A stretch of DNA of 64,000 bases from Candidatus Bathyarchaeota archaeon (GCA_963833575.1 CAWHXY010000004.1:960001-1024000); one strand, 5' to 3'. Counted from the first letter of the stretch, positions 39,431-49,127 are shown. The notes: generated by a model not told the origin, from the letters alone. Numbers and translations are program-made.

Positions 39431-41017
39431 TCACGTACTGGGTGTAACTTCACAGTGCACGTCTAGTTGCTTGCCGAAGGCTTCGTAGAACGCTTGCCTA
39501 TTTTGAATAACGCTCCATTCTTCGAAGCTACAGTCTGAGTCTGAATAAAACTCCAGCAAAATCCGGTCTTTGTCCTCCCTGATAAACTCAACTTTTTTCA
39601 CTAGTCCACTATGGCTCCTGTCAAGTTTTTCTGCAAATCTTAGAAATGTTGAAAGAATGGCAACGCACTCCTTAATTTTTTCATCCATTCCTATTGCTTT
39701 CATGGCTTTTTTTGAAGGTAATTTTTTCCGGTGGAAACGTGCGATATTTGCCATTAATTGGATTTCTTGCGGGTCAAAACCAAGAAGGTCGGCATTGCAG
39801 ATTATGTAGTGAGAATGAAGATGATGATTGTTAAAAGAAAGAAAATCGCCGACATCATGCAAGGTTGAGGAATATTTCAAGAGTTCTCTTTCGTTTTCAC
39901 TCAAATGGTGGAGGCCAATTTGTTTTGCGCTATCAAAGAGTTGGAGCGCCAGTGAAGCAACGGTTTCAGAATGTTTCTCGTCAAAGTTGCAGGATCTGCC
40001 TAAATGTAAAACACTCCTATTTCTCATAGGTGTCTTTTGAAGTTCTCGAAAGCCTTCAAAATTTGAGAGATAGTCAACGAGAAGTCCATCTCGCAGCTCT
40101 CTATGGCTAATTTTTATTTCTCCCAAGCCTAACTCTTCCATAAGGGCGTCCATTATGGCTGCTCCTGCGATTAAAATGTCTGCACGATCAGGGTTTATTG
40201 CGGGCAACTTTTTTCTTTCTTCAAGCGATAGAGAGCAAAGAACGGGGGCTAATTTCTTTAAGTTCTTTCTTGACAGCGTTAGACCGCCGTTTCCGTTTCC
40301 ATTCTTTTTGAATAATTTGCTTGATATTTCTGCCAAGTTTATGACGGTGCCTGACGATCCCCACGCTAGTCTAACTCCGTACTCTTTGACTTTCGCTTTC
40401 GCTGCTCTCATTTTAGTGGCTGCATATTTTTTTATTTGAAGGTATACGTTGAAGTCTACGGCTTTAGTCCATCCTTCGCCAATAAACTGGGCAGTCAGTC
40501 TTATTGCACCTAACTTAAGGCTACTCACGTAAAAACAGTCGAACTGGTTTCCGATGCAGATTTCAGTGCTGCCGCCTCCTAAATCCATAAAAACAACTTT
40601 TTCTTCACCGATATCTATCCCGCTTGACACACCTAGACAGATTAATCGTGCTTCTTCTTCTCCACTAATCACGTTTACTTTAAGCCCAGTTTCGTCGAAC
40701 AGTTTTTTTAAGAATTCAGTCTGATTTTTTGCTTCTCGAATCGCTGAAGTTCCCACTGCTATTATTTCTGTAGCGCCGTATGTTTTGGCCAACTCTAGGA
40801 ATTTTCCACATACAAAGATAGCCCGTTCCATTGCTTCTGGTTTGAGAACATGGTCTTTGAATTCTTGTTCGCCAAGTCGAATTACTTCTTTTTCTTGGCT
40901 GACAATTGTGTAAGAGAAATTAGGGTTCATTCTGACAACTAAGAGGCGTACGGCGTTCGTCCCGATGTCTACGAAGCCGACCACACGAGCGGAATTCTTT
41001 ATGAGTGTTGCTTCCAA
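39431..41017 (-). CDS. ppx: Exopolyphosphatase Ppx/GppA with C-terminal HD domain
   Basis: 'DIGTNAVRL', 'TSAIREA.N', 'GEEEARL', 'DLGGGSTE', 'LRDG', 'LHDVG', 'ARFHRK'. Confidence 0.95.
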   Translation of the reverse strand: MEATLIKNSARVVGFVDIGTNAVRLLVVRMNPNFSYTIVSQEKEVIRLGEQEFKDHVLKPEAMERAIFVCGKFLELAKTYGATEIIAVGTSAIREAKNQTEFLKKLFDETGLKVNVISGEEEARLICLGVSSGIDIGEEKVVFMDLGGGSTEICIGNQFDCFYVSSLKLGAIRLTAQFIGEGWTKAVDFNVYLQIKKYAATKMRAAKAKVKEYGVRLAWGSSGTVINLAEISSKLFKKNGNGNGGLTLSRKNLKKLAPVLCSLSLEERKKLPAINPDRADILIAGAAIMDALMEELGLGEIKISHRELRDGLLVDYLSNFEGFRELQKTPMRNRSVLHLGRSCNFDEKHSETVASLALQLFDSAKQIGLHHLSENERELLKYSSTLHDVGDFLSFNNHHLHSHYIICNADLLGFDPQEIQLMANIARFHRKKLPSKKAMKAIGMDEKIKECVAILSTFLRFAEKLDRSHSGLVKKVEFIREDKDRILLEFYSDSDCSFEEWSVIQNRQAFYEAFGKQLDVHCEVTPST

Positions 41018-43329
41018 ATCAGCACCACTGTTTTTGCAAAGACCTTTTCAAACAAATCTTTTTTCCTATTAAAAGCCTGCTCTTCTAAGATTGACTTATT
41101 CCCCGATTCATATTCTACTATAATGTAATTTGTATCTTCTTTGATGTTTAATCTCTTAACAATCGATTGGTGTGTATAATCTAAGCTATCTGCTATCCGA
41201 AGGAGGCTTGATAGCACCTTTATTTTGTTTATAGTCATGCGGTCTAATGTACCAAGGTTATAATGTTTTAGCTTGGGTAAGCCTTTGCGGTGGTATCGAG
41301 CGATGTTGGCTATAATTTGTCTGTCTTGTGAAGAAAATTGCAATTGTGTGTCATTGAGGATTATCTTGGCTGTTTCTTTGTTGTGTCCTCCCCTGCCTTT
41401 GGATAAGCCTATGTCGTGAAGGATCGCAGCACATTCAAGGTAGCATCTCTCACGTTTACCCAACTTGTGCATGCTAGCCAAACAATCAAAGAGTCTCAAT
41501 GAAAGTCGAGTAACCTGCGAGCTGTGTTTGGTATCTTTCCAATACTTAAGTGCAAAATTCCGACAATTCTGAATGATTTCCCTGCAATTTTGGGTTAAAA
41601 TTTCTTTTTTCTTCTCGTCTTCTTTGTTTATCGCATCCAAAGATAGACCCTGTAGCAGCATCTGAGCGAAGCCTTGAGGCAACCGCTTTTTTCTCAGAGC
41701 TTCTACAGCACAATCAACATCGTAGTTTAGCCTAAACAATTCAACTTTAAACGGATTAAAACTTAATATTGCATAAGCCGTTTGAGGGTTTCCATCTCCA
41801 GGTCTTCCGACGCTTCCAGGATTAACAAACGATATTCCGTTTACCTGCCTCCAAAATTGTTCATGAGAGTGACCCATGATTATTATGTCCACTTTGGCGG
41901 TTTCGGCTATAGTTTTTAGCCTTTCAACTGGAGTATAACCGTAAATGTGTTCTTTTATATCTTCGGGGCTTCCATGCGTTATGAGCAGTTTTTTCCCTGC
42001 AACTACTAGCCTGCGTTCCAAAGGAAGAGCGTTGAGATAATTTTCGCTCGATTTTGACAGCTCTTTTTTAGCAAATTTGTAAGCTGTGTTGTTTTGACCT
42101 TTATCTTTAGTTTTGCCGTTGATGACTTCGACGTCGTAATTGCCTAAAATACTTAGGACATTTTTTTCACATAGGAATTTGATAACTTCGTTGGGACAAG
42201 GACCGAAGCCAATTGAATCTCCAGCATTAACTAAAAGACTAGCGCCACGTTGTTCCGCGTCACGAACAACCGTTTCCAAAGCATTAATGTTTGCGTGAAT
42301 ATCTGATAATACTGCAATTTTGACATTAGAATCTACTATAATTCTCATAGTTTTTTCCTCAGCTTGGATCAATTCAGCCTTAATTGTCTCTTTCAATTGA
42401 GGGAAAAAATCTTCTTTCTTATTTTCTTCCCACTGACGCTCAAACTGCAAATAATACTTTTTCCTTTCATCTTTTATGAAAGCCAGAAAATTTAGAAGGG
42501 CTTGTTCGAAGTCGGCTTGGTTTTTTATGTCGATTATTGAAGGTTTTGTTTCTTCAATGAATTTTGGTAGATAGTCAATCCAGACATCACAATCATGCAT
42601 TTCCCCCAAGATATCTTGATACTTTTTTATGTTATCAATTTCTTTTGTGAGTTTGTTTTGATACATTGGTGCAAAAATTTCCATTGTGTAGCGGAGTTTT
42701 TTTGCGTATATTCTCATTTCATGATGTTTTTGTTTTTCATTTTCTTTATGAACATATTCTTCCATGCCGAGAAAATTTTGTAATCCAAAGGCTATGTTGC
42801 CTTGAGCTTTTTCTAGAATAATTGTCTGGTTAAAAATTGAATTTGATTGAGCAGAAATAGTTTGGTGACAAGCGGCAATAATGTCTTCTAAAGTGTATGA
42901 CGCCTTCAGTTTCTGCATTTCATTAGCAAGGTTAGGTTGGATATTGTTTCTTCGGTTTTTATGATTTTGCAGCAATATATCGAGGCTTTCTTTATCATTT
43001 ATAGAACTAAGCTTTTCGATGTATTGTTGTATGAACGCTATTTGTACGTCAAGATCTCTTGCATCAGCTAATAATCGTGTAACTTTTTTAATTTCGCCTT
43101 TCCATTTTTTGTATTCTTTTCTAGCAAAGCAGGATCTAAAGACAGGTAGTGCAGCTCTGAGTCTGCGAGAGGCGACACGTGTTTTGTGGACATATTCAGA
43201 ATCCTTGTTATCTATAACGCCATCTATTTGATTTTTGAATATATTGAGGAGATTTAGGATAGTTTCTGAGCCGAATTTGCAGTAACTTGGGTCAACTTGG
43301 CACCTTTGAGAACTAATTGGGGCGCTCAT
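40999..43329 (-). CDS. CHAD + YfcE-like metallophosphoesterase + HD domain fusion protein
   Basis: CHAD 'VHKTRVASRRLR', 'ARDLDV', 'HEMRI.AKKLRY', 'QDILGEMHD.DV'; MPP 'SDIHAN','AGD','GNYD','HGSP','GHSH','NPGSVG'; HD 'LHDIG','RYHRK','LRIADSLD'; ATG 43329 preferred. Confidence 0.9.
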   Translation of the reverse strand: MSAPISSQRCQVDPSYCKFGSETILNLLNIFKNQIDGVIDNKDSEYVHKTRVASRRLRAALPVFRSCFARKEYKKWKGEIKKVTRLLADARDLDVQIAFIQQYIEKLSSINDKESLDILLQNHKNRRNNIQPNLANEMQKLKASYTLEDIIAACHQTISAQSNSIFNQTIILEKAQGNIAFGLQNFLGMEEYVHKENEKQKHHEMRIYAKKLRYTMEIFAPMYQNKLTKEIDNIKKYQDILGEMHDCDVWIDYLPKFIEETKPSIIDIKNQADFEQALLNFLAFIKDERKKYYLQFERQWEENKKEDFFPQLKETIKAELIQAEEKTMRIIVDSNVKIAVLSDIHANINALETVVRDAEQRGASLLVNAGDSIGFGPCPNEVIKFLCEKNVLSILGNYDVEVINGKTKDKGQNNTAYKFAKKELSKSSENYLNALPLERRLVVAGKKLLITHGSPEDIKEHIYGYTPVERLKTIAETAKVDIIIMGHSHEQFWRQVNGISFVNPGSVGRPGDGNPQTAYAILSFNPFKVELFRLNYDVDCAVEALRKKRLPQGFAQMLLQGLSLDAINKEDEKKKEILTQNCREIIQNCRNFALKYWKDTKHSSQVTRLSLRLFDCLASMHKLGKRERCYLECAAILHDIGLSKGRGGHNKETAKIILNDTQLQFSSQDRQIIANIARYHRKGLPKLKHYNLGTLDRMTINKIKVLSSLLRIADSLDYTHQSIVKRLNIKEDTNYIIVEYESGNKSILEEQAFNRKKDLFEKVFAKTVVLIWKQHS

Positions 43330-45448
43330 TCCATATGCCTCTATTCTGGATAAGCCAAGCTTGCGAATTGATGACTTTTTCTCCTTGTTTCGGTATAACT
43401 CTCTCATATGTTCCTTCTGGCAAGAGCCTTCTTGCTTTAACATTATCTAAAAGGTGGATTTTCAGCATATTTTCCAAGATTGCTTTTTTAAGGTATGGAT
43501 CTGGAACTGACAAGAGAACTTCAATTCTTTCGTTTAGGTTTCTAAACATCATATCTGAGCTTCCAATAAGCACTTCATGGTCTGTGTCGTCTCGGAAATA
43601 ATAGATCCTAGCGTGCTCAAGAAAGCGTCCTACTATTGATATGACTGAAACGTTGTCGCTTATTCCTTTTATTCCTGGTCTTAAACAGCACAAACCTCTG
43701 ACATTGAGGTCGATTTTGATTCCAGCCATAGACGCTTTGTAGAGAGCTTGGATAATTTCTGTTTCTTCTAAATTATTTAGTTTAAATGCTAAGTAGCCTT
43801 TGCCCGTTTGTTTGTGAAAAGCTATTTCTCTGTCTATTCTTTTGAGAATTTCCTTCTTCAGAGTTTTTGGAGCTACGAGCAAATGGTTGAATTCTTTTTC
43901 CTGTAGTCCATTTATTATTATGTTGAAAAGTTCTTCGAGTTCTGCTCCGACTTCGGGGTTTGCTGTTAGGTAACCAATGTCACCGTATATTTTTGCTGTT
44001 ACAGCATTGTAGTTTCCTGAACCAATATGGCTAAATCTTGTAATTTGATCTTTTTCTTTTTTGACAATTAAGCATAGCTTTGCGTGGACCTTGAAATTGG
44101 GAAAATTATAAACAGTGTTTACTCCGCCCTGTCTTAGTTTTGAAACTAAGATGATATTGTTTTCTTCGTCGAATTTTGCTTTCAATTCAACTATCGCTGT
44201 AACTTTTTTGCCTCTTTCAGCAGCCTCTATCAATGCATCCACGACTGGTGAATTATGATCCATTCGATACATTGTTATGCAAATTTCCATTACGCTAGGG
44301 TCCTTCACTGCTTCTTTTAGCAGGTCGACTATTACTTCAAAGCTGTCATAGGGGTGATATAAAACAAAATCTTGTTTGGCGATGGTTTTGAACATGTCTT
44401 TTTCGGGAGACAAAAGAGGCGAAAAACAGGGCAAGAAGCTTTTATCTTTAAGGTTTGGGCGGTTTACTTTGAGCAGTTGCCAAAGATCTACCAGACCTAA
44501 AGGTCCATCAAACTCGTAGATTAGATATTCAGGCAATCCTAATGCTGCTGCTACCTTTTCCCTTACAATTTCAGGAACCTTACGTTCAAACTCTAGTCTG
44601 CTTGGGAACCCAGCTCTTCTAGTTGACAGGCTCTTTTTGACTGAGCTAAGAAAGTCGGCAGACTCATCCATCAAAATATTAATTTCACCGTTGCGTGTAA
44701 TTCTAAATTTGCAACAAGAAAGGTTTTTTTCATCTGGGAAAAATAACTGCAAATTACTTTCCATCAAATCTTCTAAGAACACATAGTTATAATGGACACT
44801 TGCTTCTCCTTCAAGAGTTAGTTGGCTACTGCTTGTCGGGATTCTTATTAATCTTCCAAATGTTTCAGTTGGGACGTCAACCAAAAAGAATGAATCCTGA
44901 TTAGCAAAGCCAGTAACGTACAGTGTAATGTGCAAATTCTCTAAAACTCCGCCATCGAAACCTTCTCGCGGGGTCTTGATATTGGGAAGAATACTTTGTT
45001 TTAAGAAATTGCGTAAGTTTTCCTTATCTTTTTCCCCCAATTCACTAAATTTCCAAATAAAGATTCTCTCTTTGGCTAGAGCTGGGAGAAGTTCTTCCCT
45101 CCAACAATCTGCATGGTTTTTAATAAGTGGCATTATTTCTTTTCTTGTGGCTTCAATCTGTTCAATAGCGCTCATCCCATCTACCGATTTTTCGGAAGAC
45201 CCTGACTTGATTTTTTTCATAAGACGAGGGATTCGTGTCATGAAAAATTCGTCGAGGTTGCTTCCGCAGATTGCAATGAATTTCACTCTTTCCAGCAAGG
45301 GATGCCACCGGTCACGTGCTTCCTCTAGGACGCGTGCGTTAAATCTGATCCAGCTAAGTTCCCGGTTTAAAAAAAAGCTTGGGTTATCCAAGAGTTTTTT
45401 CTCGCTTAAGGCAACGTTACTATCAGGATCCGTTTTTTGTTCTGACAT
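43313..45448 (-). CDS. ppk1: Polyphosphate kinase 1
   Basis: 'NRELSWIRFNARVL.EA', 'NLDEFFM.R', 'YHPYDSF', 'VELKAKFDEENN', 'KVHAK', 'GSGNYN', 'GRFLEHARIY', 'SSDMM.RNL..RIE'. Confidence 0.97.
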   Translation of the reverse strand: MSEQKTDPDSNVALSEKKLLDNPSFFLNRELSWIRFNARVLEEARDRWHPLLERVKFIAICGSNLDEFFMTRIPRLMKKIKSGSSEKSVDGMSAIEQIEATRKEIMPLIKNHADCWREELLPALAKERIFIWKFSELGEKDKENLRNFLKQSILPNIKTPREGFDGGVLENLHITLYVTGFANQDSFFLVDVPTETFGRLIRIPTSSSQLTLEGEASVHYNYVFLEDLMESNLQLFFPDEKNLSCCKFRITRNGEINILMDESADFLSSVKKSLSTRRAGFPSRLEFERKVPEIVREKVAAALGLPEYLIYEFDGPLGLVDLWQLLKVNRPNLKDKSFLPCFSPLLSPEKDMFKTIAKQDFVLYHPYDSFEVIVDLLKEAVKDPSVMEICITMYRMDHNSPVVDALIEAAERGKKVTAIVELKAKFDEENNIILVSKLRQGGVNTVYNFPNFKVHAKLCLIVKKEKDQITRFSHIGSGNYNAVTAKIYGDIGYLTANPEVGAELEELFNIIINGLQEKEFNHLLVAPKTLKKEILKRIDREIAFHKQTGKGYLAFKLNNLEETEIIQALYKASMAGIKIDLNVRGLCCLRPGIKGISDNVSVISIVGRFLEHARIYYFRDDTDHEVLIGSSDMMFRNLNERIEVLLSVPDPYLKKAILENMLKIHLLDNVKARRLLPEGTYERVIPKQGEKVINSQAWLIQNRGIWNERPN

Positions 45449-45852
45449 AACTATTTCTTCCAGCAGATTTTCGCGAGGTTTCTGATAGAGTTACCATCAA
45501 GCAGAGATAATTAGTTTACCTTTTCATCAGTTAATCTGTAGAGATATTTCTTTCTGAGAAACAGGAATTTTATGATCAGCGGTGGCGCTTCCCTGGAAAA
45601 TCGTTGGTTTCCACCGTTTTTGGTTTTCGACAAGCATAATTCTCGAATTCGAAAAGAGGAATTTTTTTTGATGCCATAGTTTGTCTTTCTCCTGTATATA
45701 ATGAAACATGAAGAGGGTTAAGTGCTTCCAAAATAGATTATATAGCAATATATATTACTATATATTTAATTCGATAAAATCTGTTATAGCAAGAGTTATA
45801 TTTCACTCAAAGATTTTAGGATGTATTGATTCTTTAAAATAAAAAAGGAAGT

Positions 45853-46467
45853 GTGAAAAGTATGAATTCTTCAACATTAAAAGAACTGGGTTTCTCGCAA
45901 CCTTGCGCATTCAAAAATATATCATTCCAAAACCTACCTTCTGATGGTAGCAGTGTTTTAGCAATAATCGACACATCTCTAACAGGCAAATCTGAAACAG
46001 ACATCATATTCATTGGTAGATCCAAAAAACCTGCCAAAAAAATTCTTGGCGGATACCTATCTGGTTACGGCGGAAAAAACACAAAGAAAATCAATGCAGG
46101 CCTAATGAGCGACGGCTACCTTGAAAAAACTGCCATAAGCTGGATGTCCTGTGACAAACCAAAAGTAATACAAAAAGAACTGTTAGACAAATACGTAAAA
46201 GAGCACGGTAAAGTTCCATTGTGGAATGCCTCAAAGAAAAAACCAGAGAAAATTCAAAAAGTTGAGACAAAGAAAAAGCTCGCAACAACTGTCTCAGGCA
46301 AGGCTTCAAAAGCTGAAAAATCCACTGCACCAGCAAAAGCTAAGGCTGTAAAGTCCTCATCTGCAAAGTTAACAATTGCCCAAAAAGTCACAACTACTCC
46401 AAAGCCAACAGACCCCAGTGCAAGTACCGCGCACCCGAGCGCAGATTCGACGCAAAAAACCGCTTAG
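45853..46467 (+). CDS. Degenerate GIY-YIG-like domain with Lys/Ala/Ser/Thr-rich C-terminal tail
   Basis: 'LPSDGSSVLAI...IIFIGRSK...KELL..Y..EHGKVPLWN' followed by about 80 aa of low-complexity basic tail. Confidence 0.6.
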   Translation: MKSMNSSTLKELGFSQPCAFKNISFQNLPSDGSSVLAIIDTSLTGKSETDIIFIGRSKKPAKKILGGYLSGYGGKNTKKINAGLMSDGYLEKTAISWMSCDKPKVIQKELLDKYVKEHGKVPLWNASKKKPEKIQKVETKKKLATTVSGKASKAEKSTAPAKAKAVKSSSAKLTIAQKVTTTPKPTDPSASTAHPSADSTQKTA

Positions 46468-46480
46468 CAAGAACCCCAAA

Positions 46481-47026
46481 TTAATTCTTAATCATTTTTT
46501 CTTTCTTTGAAGAATAATATTGAATAAGTTCCTGTGTTGACCAAGGCAAGCAATCTTCAGGTTTGAACCCTAAAAAACCCGCATATTTATGAATTGACTC
46601 AGGATTTTCAGCCTCTATTTCTAAAAACTCTGGAATAAATTCATAGTCACCTTTGTAACAATCGATGTCAAATCTTGCTTGATCAAGTTTGTAACTAACT
46701 CTATGTTTTTCCATGCTCTCAATGACGAATAAGCCCAGGTTCTCTAAGATTTTTTTCATAGTCTTAAAATCGGAGATTTCAACTGAGTATTCTTCTGCTT
46801 CTTTTGATGTTTCTGTAAAATGAACTTTTTTATATGTTAGTTCCGTTTCGTTTTGTTCTTTTCTTAGGCGCAGTACGTCTTTTGATTTGATTATTGTGTG
46901 GTCTTTGAAGTCAAAGAAGAAGGTTTGAATGTCTCCGTCGAAAATTTTTTTGGCTCCTAAGGCGATAAGGGGTTCTTCGATTTTTGGTCTGTTGACTTCT
47001 AGAATTTTTGCTTCTATTTCTTTCAT
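46481..47026 (-). CDS. CYTH domain protein (CyaB-like/triphosphatase)
   Basis: N-terminal 'EIEAK', 'LRLRK', 'ELTYK', 'EKHR', 'FLEIE'. Confidence 0.92.
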   Translation of the reverse strand: MKEIEAKILEVNRPKIEEPLIALGAKKIFDGDIQTFFFDFKDHTIIKSKDVLRLRKEQNETELTYKKVHFTETSKEAEEYSVEISDFKTMKKILENLGLFVIESMEKHRVSYKLDQARFDIDCYKGDYEFIPEFLEIEAENPESIHKYAGFLGFKPEDCLPWSTQELIQYYSSKKEKMIKN

Positions 47027-47090
47027 AAGTCAAACTAGCCTTTATTGGTTAAAAACATGGCGTCTCAGCTTAATCTCGGATGTTAGTTCT

Positions 47091-47297
47091 CTAAGCGTTT
47101 GGAAGGGGCATTTGAATAATTTGAGAGTGGATGCTGTTTGCTTTGCTTATGTGCATAGGCGTTACTGTTACGTGGCTTGTGTCTTTGATGACTTGGTGAT
47201 CTAATCCGCAGACTGGACAGAATACTATCTCATAGTTCGCAAAGATTTCTGGAAGAACATCAAATTTTTTTGTGCAACCTAAACATTTAACTTTCAA
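47091..47297 (-). CDS. LysW-like zinc-ribbon protein lacking EDWGE
   Basis: 'CLGC...EIVFCPVCGLDHQV'. Confidence 0.65.
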   Translation of the reverse strand: MKVKCLGCTKKFDVLPEIFANYEIVFCPVCGLDHQVIKDTSHVTVTPMHISKANSIHSQIIQMPLPNA

Positions 47298-47508
47298 TTT
47301 TGTTCACCTCAATTATCTCAAAACAAAGGGAGTTTTCAGTAGGGCTAAAATCAAATTGTTCAAGCAATAGTCTTTGACCTTTTTTGACCGTTATGAATTC
47401 GGTTCCGCATATTGGGCAAAGCACTAATTCGTTTTCTCCAATATGGTCAAATTCAAAAGTTTTTTCGCATTCTGGGCAAATGAATACTATTGACGTCATC
47501 TTTTCCAC
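47287..47508 (-). CDS. LysW-like zinc-ribbon protein lacking EDWGE
   Basis: 'CPEC...ELVLCPICGTEF...LLLE'. Confidence 0.7.
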   Translation of the reverse strand: MEKMTSIVFICPECEKTFEFDHIGENELVLCPICGTEFITVKKGQRLLLEQFDFSPTENSLCFEIIEVNKIES

Positions 47509-48042
47509 TGTTTCTTGCTCCCCTTGAAAAGGGTGGGTGTGGAGTCAATTAAGAGATGCCTTAATAGTTTTCAGCAACTATATAGATGATATCAATAGTT
47601 ACGTGCTTTTTTAGGGTTTAAAGGCTTCTAAGCTCTCAATTGTAAGGTCAATCAGATGACGTCGGTGTTATTTTTTTTTCTTGGGTTTTGATTTATGAAT
47701 TTGTGGAGCCTCGAATTTTTTGATATGTGGTTTTCATGAGCTTCAATTAATGAGTTTTTTTTATGTCAGAAGACGTTACTGCTATGGTCAATTCTTTCAA
47801 TTTCTAAACCTGAAGAAAGCTTAATTCTTGGAGATTTAGCTATTTCAACGTTAAAATGAGCTTATCTGAGTTAGAGTACCCCCCCAAAATTGCAATATTT
47901 ATTCAAAAATGAGAACTTGTACTCTTGCAGTAAAATGGCTAAAAATTTTGAACTTAGATAAACAATAACCATTTTGCGGCTGCAAATTTAAGCGAAAGGT
48001 TATTACTTTTAGAATGACTTACGTACCACGGAGACAATAAAG

Positions 48043-48804
48043 GTGCCCCTTACATTTGTAATTGGAACTGCTGGTTCTGGTAAATCTCTTTTTACTGCAG
48101 CGTTTAGTGAATGGCTTAAAATGTCAAAACAGGATGTTGCCGTGGTTAATTTGGATCCTGGAGCGCTTAAGCTGCCTTATTCGCCAGATGTTGATGTACG
48201 CAACTATGTTGATGTCGGGGATATAATGGAAAAGTATGGGTTGGGGCCTAATGGTGCTTTGATTATGGCTGCGGATTTGATTGCTGATGAAATTGAAAAT
48301 TTAACTCGTGATATTGAGGAGGCTCATGCTGATTTTGTTTTGGTGGATACTCCTGGGCAAATGGAGTTGTTTGCTTTTAGAGCAAGTGGACCATACATTG
48401 TTAACGAGTTGACCAAGGAGCCTAAGGCGTTGATTTACCTCTTTGACGCCGTTTTCTCAATTAATCCGCTTAACTATGTTTCGAACATGTTTCTTGCTGC
48501 TGCAGTTTATAACCGCTTTTTCCAACCGCAACTTCATGTTCTCTCAAAAACCGATTTGCTCCCAAAAAAGGATGTTGAGGCACTTGCAACTTGGTCAGCT
48601 AACACCAGGGCACTTGAGGATGCAATTGAAGAGAAGCTGGAAGGTACAAAACGGCTTTTTAGTCGAAACATGATGCAGGCAATCAACAAGCTTGGTATGC
48701 AATTTTTGCTAATGCCACTTTCCTCTAAGACCAATGAAGGCATGACTAACATTAATACTACTCTTGAGCGGATTTTGAATGAAGGAGAAAAATACACAAC
48801 TTAA
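48043..48804 (+). CDS. GPN-loop GTPase
   Basis: 'GTAGSGKS', 'VNLDPG', 'YGLGPNGAL', 'DTPGQME.F', 'SKTD'. Confidence 0.96.
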   Translation: MPLTFVIGTAGSGKSLFTAAFSEWLKMSKQDVAVVNLDPGALKLPYSPDVDVRNYVDVGDIMEKYGLGPNGALIMAADLIADEIENLTRDIEEAHADFVLVDTPGQMELFAFRASGPYIVNELTKEPKALIYLFDAVFSINPLNYVSNMFLAAAVYNRFFQPQLHVLSKTDLLPKKDVEALATWSANTRALEDAIEEKLEGTKRLFSRNMMQAINKLGMQFLLMPLSSKTNEGMTNINTTLERILNEGEKYTT

Positions 48805-48827
48805 TCCCTGCTCCAAAAACTAAGTTA

Positions 48828-48949
48828 GACTTTTTAAGCTTTTTTTAACTATTTTCAGACTTTCTTCGACTTATTTTAACTTTCCTTGATTTCTTTTGAC
48901 GCAACCTGTAAACGAAAAAGACCCTAAATCAAAAATGACAATTACAGGT
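48828..48949. repeat. Decamer-array element copy A (RAC + T-rich 10-bp units, then CAACCTGTAA)
   Basis: RAC/GAT recurs at 48858, 48868, 48878, 48888, 48898; core at 48902-48911; CCCTAAATCAAAAA; tail truncated. Confidence 0.7.
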
Positions 48950-48996
48950 GTCGTCGTTCTTTCCAATTAAATGAAGCAATTGTTTGCAATCTTTTC

Positions 48997-49127
48997 TAGA
49001 TTAAACTAGATCAAAAAGGATTAAACTAGATTAAAATAGATTAAACTAGATCAAAATGCACTCAACCAGCAAACGTTTTAAACCCCAAATCAAAAAAACA
49101 ACCCAAAACACAAAGGAAAAAATTTGC
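48997..49127. repeat. Decamer-array element copy B ((TAGATYAAAM)x6, then CAACCAGCAA + A-tract tail)
   Basis: tagattaaac tagatcaaaa aggattaaac tagattaaaa tagattaaac tagatcaaaa tgcact caaccagcaa. Confidence 0.9.

Noticed and set aside
47704-47714. 11-bp match to the tRNA-Thr 3' end (TCGAGGCTCCA) as a possible att site
   Set aside because: Inverted orientation, only 11 bp, and the 41 kb in between is core housekeeping genes.
47520-48040. Additional decamer-array copy or pseudogene upstream of the GPN GTPase
   Set aside because: A TAAATCAAAA-like stretch exists on the minus strand, but there is no CAACCTG core, no 10-bp array and no recognisable protein motif.
48904-48949. Inverted repeat ACCTGTAA...TTACAGGT as a MITE terminal repeat
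   Set aside because: Present only in copy A; 8 bp long, no target-site duplication seen, and absent from copies B-E.
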